A stretch of 64,000 nucleotides of DNA from Bacilli bacterium (GCA_045536365.1 JAZSNL010000020.1:96767-160766), one strand, 5' to 3'; shown: positions 20,683 to 30,624, counted from the stretch's first letter. Notes: a model not told the origin generated them from the letters alone. Made by a program: numbers and translations.

Positions 20683-22239
20683 ATGAAAAATATGACTTTG
20701 AAAGAAAAAATAGGTCAAATGATAGGACTTGCTTTTTCTGGAACAGATTATAATGAAGATTTAAAATATCAAGTAGAAGAAATAGGAGTAGGGTTAATAA
20801 TTTATTTTAAAGACAATTGTGCTAATCCTGAACAAATCTTTAATTTGAATAAAGAAATCAATTCACACGCCAAAATAGCCCCATTTATCGCTTTAGACCA
20901 AGAAGGTGGAATGGTAGCAAGGGTTACACAAGGTGTTACTCAATCACCTGGAGCAATGGCAATTTCAGCAACACAAAATGTTAAAAATGCTTATAATATG
21001 GCTTATAATATGGGCGTTGAACTCCGCAAAATAGGTTTTAATTTAAATTTTGCTCCAGTGGGTGATATTAATAATAATCCTAAAAATCCTGTTATTAATG
21101 TAAGATCTTATAGTGAAGATCCTCAAGTAGTAAAAGAATATGTATATGAAGCTGTAAAAGGATATAGTGATGCAGGGATGATGAGTACTATTAAACATTT
21201 CCCTGGTCATGGAGATACTGCTGTAGATTCCCATGTAGGGCTACCTGTTATTGATTTTGATAAAGAAAGATTAGAACAAGTTGAATTAGTTCCTTTCAGA
21301 CTTGCAAAAGAAAAAAATCTTCCCGGTATTATGGCAAGTCATGTATTATATACTAAATATGATGATACATATCCAACTACTTTATCAAAGAAAGTAGTGA
21401 CTGGTTTATTAAGAGAAGAAATTGGATATGATGGATTAGTAGTAACTGATTCACTTACAATGTCAGCTGTTTTTGGTAGATACAGCATTGAAGAAATAGC
21501 TTTACATAGTTTTAATTCTGGTTGTGACATTTTATTACTTTGTGGTGGAAGACAATTAGAAATGCAAAAACAATTTGCAGAAGCTGCATTAAGACTTGCA
21601 GAAGAAGGAAAAATTCCACTTGAAGTAATTGATCGTAGTGTAGAAAGAATTTTACGATATAAGAAAATGTTTAATGCAGGTCAAATGGCAAACTCATTCG
21701 AAGATATTAAAGATGAATTAGAAGTACCTTCTAGCATGCAGGAAGCTCAAAAAGTTGCACAAGATAGTATGACTTTAATTAAAAATGATAATCATTTAAT
21801 CCCTATTAGAAAAGAACAAAAAACATTAGTAGTTTTCCCTCAAATTAAAGTAGTAACTTTAGTTGAAAATGAAGATAATACTCTTAATTCATTAGGTGAT
21901 TTTATGCCGTTTGAAGTAGATAAACATTATATTTCAATTGATCCTACAGAAGAAGAAAAGAAACTTCTTAGAGATAAAGAAAAAGACTATGATGTAATTG
22001 TATATTGTAGTTATAATGCTTGTTTTAATAAAGAACAAGAAGAACTAATTAATAGTTTAAATAAGGATAAATTAATAGTAGTTGCGATAAGAACACCGTA
22101 TGATATTAATGTATTAAATGTACCTACATACCTATGTGCATATGAAGCAAGTGTTTTAAGTTTTCAAGCAATTGCGAATGTTTTATCCGGTAAAAATAAG
22201 GCAACAGGTAAATTACCAGTAACGATAAAGGAGAAATAA
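20683..22239 (+). CDS. nagZ: GH3 beta-N-acetylglucosaminidase, two-domain, cytoplasmic
   Basis: DQEGG.V.R, NagZ signature KHFPGHGDTAVDSH and VTDSL.M; no signal peptide. Confidence 0.9.
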   Translation: MKNMTLKEKIGQMIGLAFSGTDYNEDLKYQVEEIGVGLIIYFKDNCANPEQIFNLNKEINSHAKIAPFIALDQEGGMVARVTQGVTQSPGAMAISATQNVKNAYNMAYNMGVELRKIGFNLNFAPVGDINNNPKNPVINVRSYSEDPQVVKEYVYEAVKGYSDAGMMSTIKHFPGHGDTAVDSHVGLPVIDFDKERLEQVELVPFRLAKEKNLPGIMASHVLYTKYDDTYPTTLSKKVVTGLLREEIGYDGLVVTDSLTMSAVFGRYSIEEIALHSFNSGCDILLLCGGRQLEMQKQFAEAALRLAEEGKIPLEVIDRSVERILRYKKMFNAGQMANSFEDIKDELEVPSSMQEAQKVAQDSMTLIKNDNHLIPIRKEQKTLVVFPQIKVVTLVENEDNTLNSLGDFMPFEVDKHYISIDPTEEEKKLLRDKEKDYDVIVYCSYNACFNKEQEELINSLNKDKLIVVAIRTPYDINVLNVPTYLCAYEASVLSFQAIANVLSGKNKATGKLPVTIKEK

Positions 22240-22242
22240 AAA

Positions 22243-22965
22243 ATGAATGTTATTGTTGTAAAAGACTATCAAGAAATGAGCAAGCTTGGTGCAGAAATAA
22301 TCGCTAAGCAAATTAAAAACAAACCTGATTCAATTTTAGGTCTTGCAACAGGAGGAAGCCCTGTTGGAACATACCAAAATTTAGTTAAGGCTTATCAAAA
22401 TAAAGAAATTTCATTCAAAGAAATTAAAACTTATAACTTAGATGAATATGTTGGTATTCCTCAAACACATCCACAAAGCTATTATTATTTCATGCATGAT
22501 AATTTATTTAATCATGTTGATATCTTAGAAGAAAATGTTCATATTCCTGCTATTTCTTCAGATAATTATGAAGAAGATTGTAAGAAATATAATGAAGCTT
22601 TAAATAGTGTTAAAATTGATTTACAATTATTAGGAATTGGTGGAAATGGTCATATTGGATTCAATGAACCAGGCACTCCATTTGAACAAGAAACTTTCAT
22701 CGTAGAACTAACTGAAAAAACTAGAGAAGATAATAAACGTTTCTTCAATAGTATTGATGAAGTTCCTACTCATGCAATTACAATGGGTATTAAAAACATT
22801 ATGAATAGTTCAAGTATTTTAATGTTAATTAGCGGTGAAGCTAAAGCTGATACAGTTGTGAGATTATTAAAAGGTGAAATTGATCCTTCTTTCCCTGCAT
22901 CAGTTTTACATAATCATAAGAATGTAACTGTTATTATCGATCAAGCTGCTTATTCAAAAATGTAA
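22243..22965 (+). CDS. nagB: Glucosamine-6-phosphate deaminase
   Basis: LGLATGGSP, NLDEYVG, LGIGGNGHIGFNEPG, AITMGI and FPASVL. Confidence 0.95.
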   Translation: MNVIVVKDYQEMSKLGAEIIAKQIKNKPDSILGLATGGSPVGTYQNLVKAYQNKEISFKEIKTYNLDEYVGIPQTHPQSYYYFMHDNLFNHVDILEENVHIPAISSDNYEEDCKKYNEALNSVKIDLQLLGIGGNGHIGFNEPGTPFEQETFIVELTEKTREDNKRFFNSIDEVPTHAITMGIKNIMNSSSILMLISGEAKADTVVRLLKGEIDPSFPASVLHNHKNVTVIIDQAAYSKM

Positions 22966-22969
22966 TATT

Positions 22970-22997
22970 AAAACTCACCTTTGTAGGTGAGTTTTTT
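22970..22997 (+). terminator. Intrinsic terminator ending the ~21-kb GH20-nagB operon
   Basis: AAAACTCACCT-TTGT-AGGTGAGTTTT plus T tract. Confidence 0.85.
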
Positions 22998-23069
22998 ATC
23001 TTGGAAACGCTGAATTAATTGACAAAAATTAAAAAAAGAGTAAAATAATAGTAAATATGAGGTGATTAA

Positions 23070-24140
23070 ATGATTAAGAAAATCTTAAAATCAATTGGTA
23101 TTATATTTGGTGCTTTTTTATTAATTGTAATAGGATACATAACATATATTTTATTAGATTATAAAAGAGTTGAAGATAATCAAGAGTTACCAATCTTTCA
23201 CCAAACAAGTAATGTTGTAAAACTAGAAGCAGAATATAAAATAATAACTTATAATATTGGTTTTGGTGCTTATGAAGATGATTATAGTTTCTTTATGGAT
23301 GGTGGAAAATATTCAAGAGCTTTTTCTAAAGAAAGATTAGAAAAGAATTTAGAAAATATTAAAAACTTTTTAAAGGAACAAAATAGTGATTTTTATTTAC
23401 TTCAAGAAGTTGATGAATTAGGAACAAGATCATATAAAGTAAATCAAAAAGAATTGTTTATTGATGCATTTAATGATTATGAAGCTGTATGGGCTCAAAA
23501 TTATGATAGTTCATATTTGTTTTATCCATTGCATTCACCACATGGTAAAAATAAAGCTGGTATAATTTCCTTAAGCAGATTTGATATTTTATCTTCAAAA
23601 AGAAGAAGTTTGCCAATTGAGACATCATTAATGAAATTTGTTGATTTAGATAGATGTTATAGTGTATCTAGAATTAAAATGGAAAATGGTAAAGAACTTG
23701 TTTTATATAATGTTCATTTATCTGCTTATACTTCTGATGGTAAAATTGCTGAAGAACAATTAGAAATGTTAATTATAGATATGCAGGAAGAATATAATAA
23801 AGGCAATTATGTTGTTTGTGGTGGGGATTTTAATAAAGATTTATCAGGTGATGTAGAGTCTCACTTTGGTATTTCCGGAGAAGAATATACATGGGCTCAA
23901 CCTATTCCTGAAGATATGTTTGATAATAGTAATTTAAGATTAGTATTTGCGTATGATGAGAATACGAAAGTCCCTTCTTGTCGTAATGCTGATGAACCTT
24001 ATCATTCAGAACAGTTTGTTTTAACTGTTGATGGATTTATTGTTTCTGATAATGTAGATATAATTTCTTCTAGAGTAATTGATTTGAAATTTGAATATTC
24101 TGATCATAATCCTGTTGAAATGATATTTAAATTAAAATAG
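23070..24140 (+). CDS. Membrane-anchored endonuclease/exonuclease/phosphatase (EEP) family protein
   Basis: N-terminal TM; TYNIG, LQEVD, NVHL, GGDFN and SDH catalytic motifs. Confidence 0.85.
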   Translation: MIKKILKSIGIIFGAFLLIVIGYITYILLDYKRVEDNQELPIFHQTSNVVKLEAEYKIITYNIGFGAYEDDYSFFMDGGKYSRAFSKERLEKNLENIKNFLKEQNSDFYLLQEVDELGTRSYKVNQKELFIDAFNDYEAVWAQNYDSSYLFYPLHSPHGKNKAGIISLSRFDILSSKRRSLPIETSLMKFVDLDRCYSVSRIKMENGKELVLYNVHLSAYTSDGKIAEEQLEMLIIDMQEEYNKGNYVVCGGDFNKDLSGDVESHFGISGEEYTWAQPIPEDMFDNSNLRLVFAYDENTKVPSCRNADEPYHSEQFVLTVDGFIVSDNVDIISSRVIDLKFEYSDHNPVEMIFKLK

Positions 24141-24151
24141 CGAGGTAGTTT

Positions 24152-24772
24152 ATGAATAGAAAAAAGAAAATATATGAAATGGTTTTATTAAGTTTACTTG
24201 CAACAATAATAGTAGTAATGTCTTTTACACCGATTGGGTTTATTAAAATTCCTGCTCTTGGTTTAGAAATTACGTTTTTAATGATTCCTGTTGCGGTAGG
24301 AGCTATTTTACTTGGTCCTTTATATGGTGCGTTACTTGGATTTATATTTGGTTTTACAAGTTTATTACAATGTGTATTTGGAACAAGTCCTTTTGGTGCA
24401 ACTCTTTTAACTATTAATCCTATTTATACTATTATAGTTTGTGTTGTTTCAAGAACTTTAATGGGTTATTTAACTGGATTAATTTATAAGCTATTAGAGA
24501 AAAAACTTAAAGATAGTGTTGTTTCACATATCATTACTTGTGCTTCATCTGCTATTTTAAATACTTTATTCTTTATGTCTTTGTTATGTCTTTGTTTTTA
24601 TAATACTGAATATTTACAATCAATTGGAACTGGTCTTGGTACATCTAATGTCTTTGCGTTTGTTATTGCTTTTGTAGGTATAAATGGGTTAGTAGAAGCA
24701 GGGGTAAATATTGTAATTGGTGCTGCTGTTTCTAAAGTAATAGCGGTTAATTTTAAGAAAAAGTATAAATAA
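24152..24772 (+). CDS. ECF transporter S component (PanT-like)
   Basis: FTPIGFI...IPVAVGAILLGP.YGA.LG.IFG; ~6 TMs. Confidence 0.8.
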   Translation: MNRKKKIYEMVLLSLLATIIVVMSFTPIGFIKIPALGLEITFLMIPVAVGAILLGPLYGALLGFIFGFTSLLQCVFGTSPFGATLLTINPIYTIIVCVVSRTLMGYLTGLIYKLLEKKLKDSVVSHIITCASSAILNTLFFMSLLCLCFYNTEYLQSIGTGLGTSNVFAFVIAFVGINGLVEAGVNIVIGAAVSKVIAVNFKKKYK

Positions 24773-24793
24773 AAATAATAGTATAATTTTGAA

Positions 24794-24832
24794 TAAAAAA
24801 CGCTTTTTAAATGTAATAAAAAGCGTTTTTTA
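24794..24832 (+). terminator. Perfect 16-bp inverted repeat (terminator; arms also resemble cre/LacI sites)
   Basis: TAAAAAACGCTTTTTA-7 nt-TAAAAAGCGTTTTTTA. Confidence 0.6.
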
Positions 24833-24894
24833 CTTTATTTTTTTATATTGTAAAAAAAAGGAATAAAATTTTTTTGATTTTATGTGTTAAAACC

Positions 24895-24942
24895 TTGCAA
24901 AGCGTTTTCATTTATGCTATAATATAATCGCAAACGCTTTCA
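24895..24942 (+). promoter_or_regulatory. SigA promoter with two cre/LacI-like operators
   Basis: TTGCAA(24895)-17-TATAAT(24918) with TGn; GCAAAGCGTTTTCA 24897-24910 and CGCAAACGCTTTCA 24929-24942. Confidence 0.7.
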
Positions 24943-24966
24943 AAAAATAATAGGAGGAAATAAATT

Positions 24967-27783
24967 ATGAAAAAAGTCTTTGCTGTTATAAGTACATTGT
25001 TACTTACAATTGCTTGCATTGGATTACTTTCTTCTAATGTTAATGCATCTGGTGCATTATTTACAGATCCAGTTGAAGCTGGCGCATTAGAAAAAGATGA
25101 AATTCCAGTGTATATTATGGATAGTATTTACACTACTTTCCCTCAATACTACGATAATAACGCTGTTGCTGACGAAGCTTGGCCAGGTTCAACTCGTATG
25201 TATCCATGGAATGAAGTAAAATTACGTGTAGCTCAATTAGATGAAAATGGTGAAGCTACAGGTATGTATTATGCAATATTCTTCTCAGGTGCATTAAATG
25301 CAACTGATTCAGGTGCTGGTAATAACATTATGTTATTAGATGCTGAAGTTGCTGAAGATGGTACAGTTACTGCTGTTTCTAAGAGAACAAGTAACACTAA
25401 TAAAGAAGGTTACATCGTTGCTGACCACCCTCAAGACCAATCATTATCTCACATTAGTGTTAATATCTCTGATTACGATTTAGTAATTCAACCTACTCAA
25501 TTCTACATTAGCAGTTCTACATCTACTGGTTATGGTTCTCAAATCATGAACAGAAGTATGATCTTCGATGGTGAAGGTCGCGCTATTCGTGGTGTTGGTA
25601 TCAATGAATTCTATGTTGCTCCAACTGATTCTGCATATAAAGGTTACGGATTCGAAGCAGAATTCTGCTACGTTGATGGTGTTGTAACTAAATATGAAGA
25701 CGGTGTTGTTTGTGATAAAGTTAAAGAACAAGTTCTTGATGAATCAGGTAACCCAGTTATGGACGAAAATAACGAACCTTTAATGAAAGACACTGATAAA
25801 GACAACTTCTTATACGAAAGATTCGTATGGGAATGGTTCGAAGAAAAACCTGAAAATGTTAACACTGCTGCTTACCTTTCTGAAGGTTGGGATCCTACTC
25901 TTTGGGATTACTGCTGGGAACAAGATGGCGGTTATATGTGTATCGCATTCAATGGTTCTGCTGGTACTTTAGATTCAATGACTGCTGCTCAAAAAGCTGC
26001 TTACATGGCTAACAATGGTTTAACTGAAGAAACTAATCTTCCTAAACGTGATTGTATCTCTTATGTAAGAGTTCCTGCTGGCGGCTTTATCTATGACTTT
26101 GGTTACTTAGACAATGGTTTAGAAGGCCCTACAACTGCATTCTTCAACATTATACATGGTGGTTACAAACATGGTAGACAATTATTCGGTGAAGAAGAAG
26201 CTAAACACGGTGTTGCTGAAGTTAAAACTGTTAACTTCTCTGCTAAACCTATCTATACAGCTGACGTTGTTAAAAATGGTCAATCTTTACAATTAAAAGA
26301 AGGTACTAACGTTGTTGAAGTTTTAGAAGGAACTAACATTTATCCAAGTTGGATGTTCAACTATGCTGGTTTAGCTAAGATGTATACTCGTCAAGATGAC
26401 GTTACTTCTTACTCTTCAGATACATCTGTATTAGACGTAACTGTTAAATTAAACGGTGCTACAGTTGTTTCTCCAATCAACTGGCCTTATAACGATGCTA
26501 CAGTTCAAGATATGTACAGAGACTTATTCGATGATTTAAGACACTGGTATAAAGGTGACTTAACAATCGATGGTGTTTTAGATGAAAACGGTGAACCTCT
26601 AGTTATTGGTTACTCTGATCCAAGTGTTGCTGTTAAATTCGGTGCTGCAATTGATGATTTAGATGCATTCATCGAAGCATGGTGTGCAACTGTTGTTGAC
26701 TCTTGGGGTCTATTCAATGGTAGCAATACTGGTTTCTTTAACAATGAACACGTTGCTTCTAAATGGTTATTATACACTAACTATATGGATGACTTAATGA
26801 ACGGTGCATTCTGGTCAAGTGCTTGGACTTCTGCAGTTCGTATGAGAAACTACTATCAAGGTACTGATAATTTCCCTGACAAGAGAAATGGTGCTGTATT
26901 AGATAAAACTCCTCAAGTTGCTACAGAACCTAGCTACAACTTCACAGTTGGTGCTGCTCCTTCAAGATATAGCGTTGAATATTCAGTAGTTAACTCTATC
27001 ACTGGTGTTACTGACTCTTTAACAGTATTATTCCAAGTTGTTAACGAATATACTCCAATCGTTGATGTTAATGAAGACGCATTAATCGTTGAACCAGGAT
27101 CTGGTGCTATCGATCGTTATGACTTATTCGTAGCTTACGATGGTCAATATTCTGCAGCTTCTCAAGATATTAGAGGTACAATTATTACTGAACAAGCAGT
27201 AGTTACATCTGAAACATTAGATTTCGATAACCCTGCTGAAGGTAAACACCAAGTTAAGATCGAAGTTACAAGCTTAGGCGGAACTAAGAAAGTTGTTAAA
27301 TATGTTACTCTTGAAGTATTAGATATGACTGCTCCAAATGTTATTGTTAAAGACGTTCTTAAAGTTCCTTACGGAAGTGCATTTGATCCTCGTATGGGTA
27401 TCGAAGTTGCTTATGACACTGTTGATGGTGACTTAATGCAATCAGGTGTTAAATGGTGGGCAGAACAAACCCTTAATAAAGTTGATACATCTAAAGCTGG
27501 TGAAGACTTCAAAGTTACAGTTGCTGTATTCGATGCTGCTGGTAATGAAACTAAAGTTCAATACACAGTTATAGTTGGTGATGCTCCTGCTACATTAGAA
27601 GAAATCGAAAGTTTATTAGATGATAAATTAGCTGCTCTTGAAAGTTTAGAAAACATTGAATTAAAATTAGAAGAAATTAATTCATATGTTAAACCTTCTG
27701 GATGCAAATCTAAATCTTTATTCTTTGTTGAATTCTTAGCAGTTGCTGGTGCTTTAGCTTTAATCTTAAGAAAAAAACACTAA
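24967..27783 (+). CDS. Large secreted surface protein: unrecognised N-terminal region, Ig-like repeats (DUF5011-like), coiled stalk, SGCKSK-TM-RKK tail
   Basis: Signal peptide (..SSNVNA/S); DMTAPNVIV, AYDTVDGDL and DAAGNET Ig-repeat motifs; heptad-like LEEIESLLDDKLAALESLENIELKLEEI. Confidence 0.75.
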   Translation: MKKVFAVISTLLLTIACIGLLSSNVNASGALFTDPVEAGALEKDEIPVYIMDSIYTTFPQYYDNNAVADEAWPGSTRMYPWNEVKLRVAQLDENGEATGMYYAIFFSGALNATDSGAGNNIMLLDAEVAEDGTVTAVSKRTSNTNKEGYIVADHPQDQSLSHISVNISDYDLVIQPTQFYISSSTSTGYGSQIMNRSMIFDGEGRAIRGVGINEFYVAPTDSAYKGYGFEAEFCYVDGVVTKYEDGVVCDKVKEQVLDESGNPVMDENNEPLMKDTDKDNFLYERFVWEWFEEKPENVNTAAYLSEGWDPTLWDYCWEQDGGYMCIAFNGSAGTLDSMTAAQKAAYMANNGLTEETNLPKRDCISYVRVPAGGFIYDFGYLDNGLEGPTTAFFNIIHGGYKHGRQLFGEEEAKHGVAEVKTVNFSAKPIYTADVVKNGQSLQLKEGTNVVEVLEGTNIYPSWMFNYAGLAKMYTRQDDVTSYSSDTSVLDVTVKLNGATVVSPINWPYNDATVQDMYRDLFDDLRHWYKGDLTIDGVLDENGEPLVIGYSDPSVAVKFGAAIDDLDAFIEAWCATVVDSWGLFNGSNTGFFNNEHVASKWLLYTNYMDDLMNGAFWSSAWTSAVRMRNYYQGTDNFPDKRNGAVLDKTPQVATEPSYNFTVGAAPSRYSVEYSVVNSITGVTDSLTVLFQVVNEYTPIVDVNEDALIVEPGSGAIDRYDLFVAYDGQYSAASQDIRGTIITEQAVVTSETLDFDNPAEGKHQVKIEVTSLGGTKKVVKYVTLEVLDMTAPNVIVKDVLKVPYGSAFDPRMGIEVAYDTVDGDLMQSGVKWWAEQTLNKVDTSKAGEDFKVTVAVFDAAGNETKVQYTVIVGDAPATLEEIESLLDDKLAALESLENIELKLEEINSYVKPSGCKSKSLFFVEFLAVAGALALILRKKH
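27688..27783 (+). other. Candidate GC-type C-terminal sorting signal, copy 3
   Basis: VKPSGCKSKSLFFVEFLAVAGALALILRKKH*; Gly-Cys at 27700-27705. Confidence 0.7.
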
Positions 27784-27809
27784 TAACTAAATAAAAACAA
27801 GGAAAGGTT

Positions 27810-27837
27810 GGTGGAGGAGAAATCTTCCACCTTCTTT
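27810..27837 (+). terminator. GC-rich hairpin after the surface-protein gene (weak terminator or mRNA stabiliser)
   Basis: GGTGGAGG-AGAAAT-CTTCCACC followed by TTCTTT. Confidence 0.5.
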
Positions 27838-27845
27838 AAATCAAA

Positions 27846-28814
27846 ATGACAATTCTTACTTATCGAGATTACTTAGAAAAATATAATGATTGTCAAATTC
27901 TCATTCAATTATGGAATGATGAGTATAAAAAAATTTATCCTATTTCAAAAGAATTATTTGAAAGAAACGTGTCAAACATCAATGTTGATTTATCGTTTGT
28001 AGTCATAAATAATAATGAAGTAGTAGGATTTATACTTGCAAAAACTTGGGAAGATGATTTTCCTATTGCAAGTTATCAAGATACAGGATGGATTAGCTTA
28101 TTTTATGTAAAAAAACAATTTCGTAATCAAGGTATTGGTTCTAAACTACTTGATTTAGTTGAAACTGAAATGATAAAACAACATAAAAATATTTTATATT
28201 TAGGAAAAGATTATAATAATTATTTTCCTGGCCTACCTGTAGATTTAAAAAGCCATTTGGAATTCTTTTTAAAGCGAGGATTTGAAAGACCATATGATAC
28301 ATATGATCTGATTAGAAATGAAAAGGATTATCTAACACCTAAACAAGATAAATATAGTTTTAGATTAGCTAATATAAATGATAAAGAAAACATTTTATCT
28401 TTATTAAGAACTAATTGGCCAGGTAGATGGTTAAAAGAAGCTATTGATTATTTTGATAATGGTGGTACAGGTAGAGAATACCTTATCTGTTTGGATGGAG
28501 AGAAAGTTATTGGATTCGCCAAGGTTAACTTTCCCAATACAGATACAAAATTAATAAGTTATAACTTAACTTGGCGAAATCGTTTCAAAGCACTTGGCGG
28601 AATTGGACCTTTAGGAATTGATAAGAATTATCGTAAACAAAATTTAGGTTATGATATTGTTGCTAACGCATGTAATATTTTAACTAATAATTCTGTTTCG
28701 GAAATTATTATTGATTGGACAGGTTTATTAGAATTTTATCGTCATTTTGACTTTGAAGTTTGGAAAACGTATTTTTATTTAAATAAAAATTTGAAAGGAG
28801 AAAAAAATGCGTAA
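27846..28814 (+). CDS. Tandem GNAT N-acetyltransferase
   Basis: Two acetyl-CoA motifs (VKKQFRNQGIGSKLL; IDKNYRKQNLGYDIV); GGIGPLGI and FYRHFDF. Confidence 0.85.
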   Translation: MTILTYRDYLEKYNDCQILIQLWNDEYKKIYPISKELFERNVSNINVDLSFVVINNNEVVGFILAKTWEDDFPIASYQDTGWISLFYVKKQFRNQGIGSKLLDLVETEMIKQHKNILYLGKDYNNYFPGLPVDLKSHLEFFLKRGFERPYDTYDLIRNEKDYLTPKQDKYSFRLANINDKENILSLLRTNWPGRWLKEAIDYFDNGGTGREYLICLDGEKVIGFAKVNFPNTDTKLISYNLTWRNRFKALGGIGPLGIDKNYRKQNLGYDIVANACNILTNNSVSEIIIDWTGLLEFYRHFDFEVWKTYFYLNKNLKGEKNA

Positions 28815-30624
28815 AGTATTAAAATCATTTATGCTTTTATTTGTAGCTGGTTTATTTGTTGTAGCTCTTTCTTCTTGTGGAAAATTAACTATTACAGTTG
28901 AAACTACAATGAAAGTTGGACAAACATATACATTAGCAGCAAGTAAAGATGCTACTTGGGAATCAAGCAATTCTGAAATTTTAAAAATCGAAGGAAACAC
29001 TGCTACTCCTCTAAAAGCTGGTACTGTAGTTGTTACTGCAAAAGCAGGTAAGAAAACTGCTACTGCAACAGTAACTGTTACTGATGGCGGCGATGGACCA
29101 GAACTTCCTACTAAATATCAACCAAAATGGGATTTAAATGCTAAGATGAACTGGAATGGTCAAGGTATGAAATATAGAATCCTTGTTTCTCCAGTTAGTG
29201 AATATGACCCATTTGAAGCTGGTTTCACTGCAACTGGTAATGGTAAAATCATTAAACAAAACCATATGAGATTAGTTGAACAAGCTTACAATATTGATAT
29301 TGAATATTTTGAATGGTCAACTCTTGCAAAGTGGGGTCCTGAACGTGTAAGTTATATTAATGAAAACTACTTATCAAAAGAAATTTTCACTAAGAATGAA
29401 GCTTACGTTGTTCAAATCGCTTGTTCTTGGATTCCAACATTAGTTAAGAACGGTTCTTTAGCAAGTTTATATAACATGTCTTCTGATACTGGTTTCTTCA
29501 TGAACGCTAATGGTGTTAATGAAGGTGATGATCACTATATCCAAAACGATACTTATAATCAAATCACAAGCGTTAACAGCGCTGTTTACGGTTATGTATT
29601 AGGTAATGCTCATGCTGACCAAATGATTTATTATAATATTGACTTAATTAAAGAAATGGGTATGACAGATCCAGTTGAATTATGGTTCAGAGGCGAATGG
29701 ACATTAAGTACATTTGATAAATGGATTCAAGAAGGTCAAACTAATATTAAAAATACTGCAAAAGGTAAATTCGTATTAGATATCGGTTACCCTGAATTCA
29801 CAGTTGGTCTTGTTGGTTCAACAGGTAATAAATTAACTAACACTTCTCCAGCTAATATCTTATTCACTCGTCCAGGTGTTACTAACGTTATTGACAAAAT
29901 CCAATCTTGGTACAAACTTGGTTACTATAATAACCACGGTGTTGCTGACGTTACAACTAACTTCTTAAACGGTGAAACTGTATTACACAGTGGTAGTATT
30001 TGGTTCTTAAGAAATAAAGACCGTTTCAACCCTGAAGTAATTACATTCAAGATCGGTGCTGTTCCTTATCCTACAGCTGATGGTCAAGGTGGTACTCCAA
30101 TCTTAACAACTGATGAAGCAGAAGCTTTAGAAACTGTTAATGGTACTAAATTAACTGACGCTGATGGTAACTACATCTCTGGTGTAGACATGAGTGGTTC
30201 TACATTCCAAGTTCCATTTACTGATGGTTCTTGCTATTCTATCTTAAACGTTCAAAACGGTAAAAATGGTATCACTTCTGAAATCGCATTCCATATCTTA
30301 CACGATTTAATGGGTGCTGAAGGTAAAGATCCATCTGCTGACGTTGAATTAACTCCAGAAGAAGCTTATAAGAACACATTAGAAAAGAAATTAGACTACC
30401 CTATCCATGCTGCAGCTATTCTTTCAACTGAAAATAATATGTATTATGAAATGATCGAAATCGTATCTATGACAGTTGGTAATGGTTCTCACTTCGGTGA
30501 AAATGCATTATGGAAATTAATCCCTGGTATCATCACTAAAGATGTTACTGCAAGAACTGAATTAAATGCTGTTCTTGACATCTATAAAGCTGCATTAAGA
30601 ACAATGGGTTACGTTGTAGCTTAA
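28807..30624 (+). CDS. Lipoprotein: Ig-like (Big_2) domain + sugar ABC-type solute-binding domain
   Basis: Lipobox LSSC; WESSNSEIL...AGTVVVTA; IYYNIDLIKEMGMTDP.EL...GEWT; GAVPYP. Confidence 0.75.
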   Translation: MRKVLKSFMLLFVAGLFVVALSSCGKLTITVETTMKVGQTYTLAASKDATWESSNSEILKIEGNTATPLKAGTVVVTAKAGKKTATATVTVTDGGDGPELPTKYQPKWDLNAKMNWNGQGMKYRILVSPVSEYDPFEAGFTATGNGKIIKQNHMRLVEQAYNIDIEYFEWSTLAKWGPERVSYINENYLSKEIFTKNEAYVVQIACSWIPTLVKNGSLASLYNMSSDTGFFMNANGVNEGDDHYIQNDTYNQITSVNSAVYGYVLGNAHADQMIYYNIDLIKEMGMTDPVELWFRGEWTLSTFDKWIQEGQTNIKNTAKGKFVLDIGYPEFTVGLVGSTGNKLTNTSPANILFTRPGVTNVIDKIQSWYKLGYYNNHGVADVTTNFLNGETVLHSGSIWFLRNKDRFNPEVITFKIGAVPYPTADGQGGTPILTTDEAEALETVNGTKLTDADGNYISGVDMSGSTFQVPFTDGSCYSILNVQNGKNGITSEIAFHILHDLMGAEGKDPSADVELTPEEAYKNTLEKKLDYPIHAAAILSTENNMYYEMIEIVSMTVGNGSHFGENALWKLIPGIITKDVTARTELNAVLDIYKAALRTMGYVVA

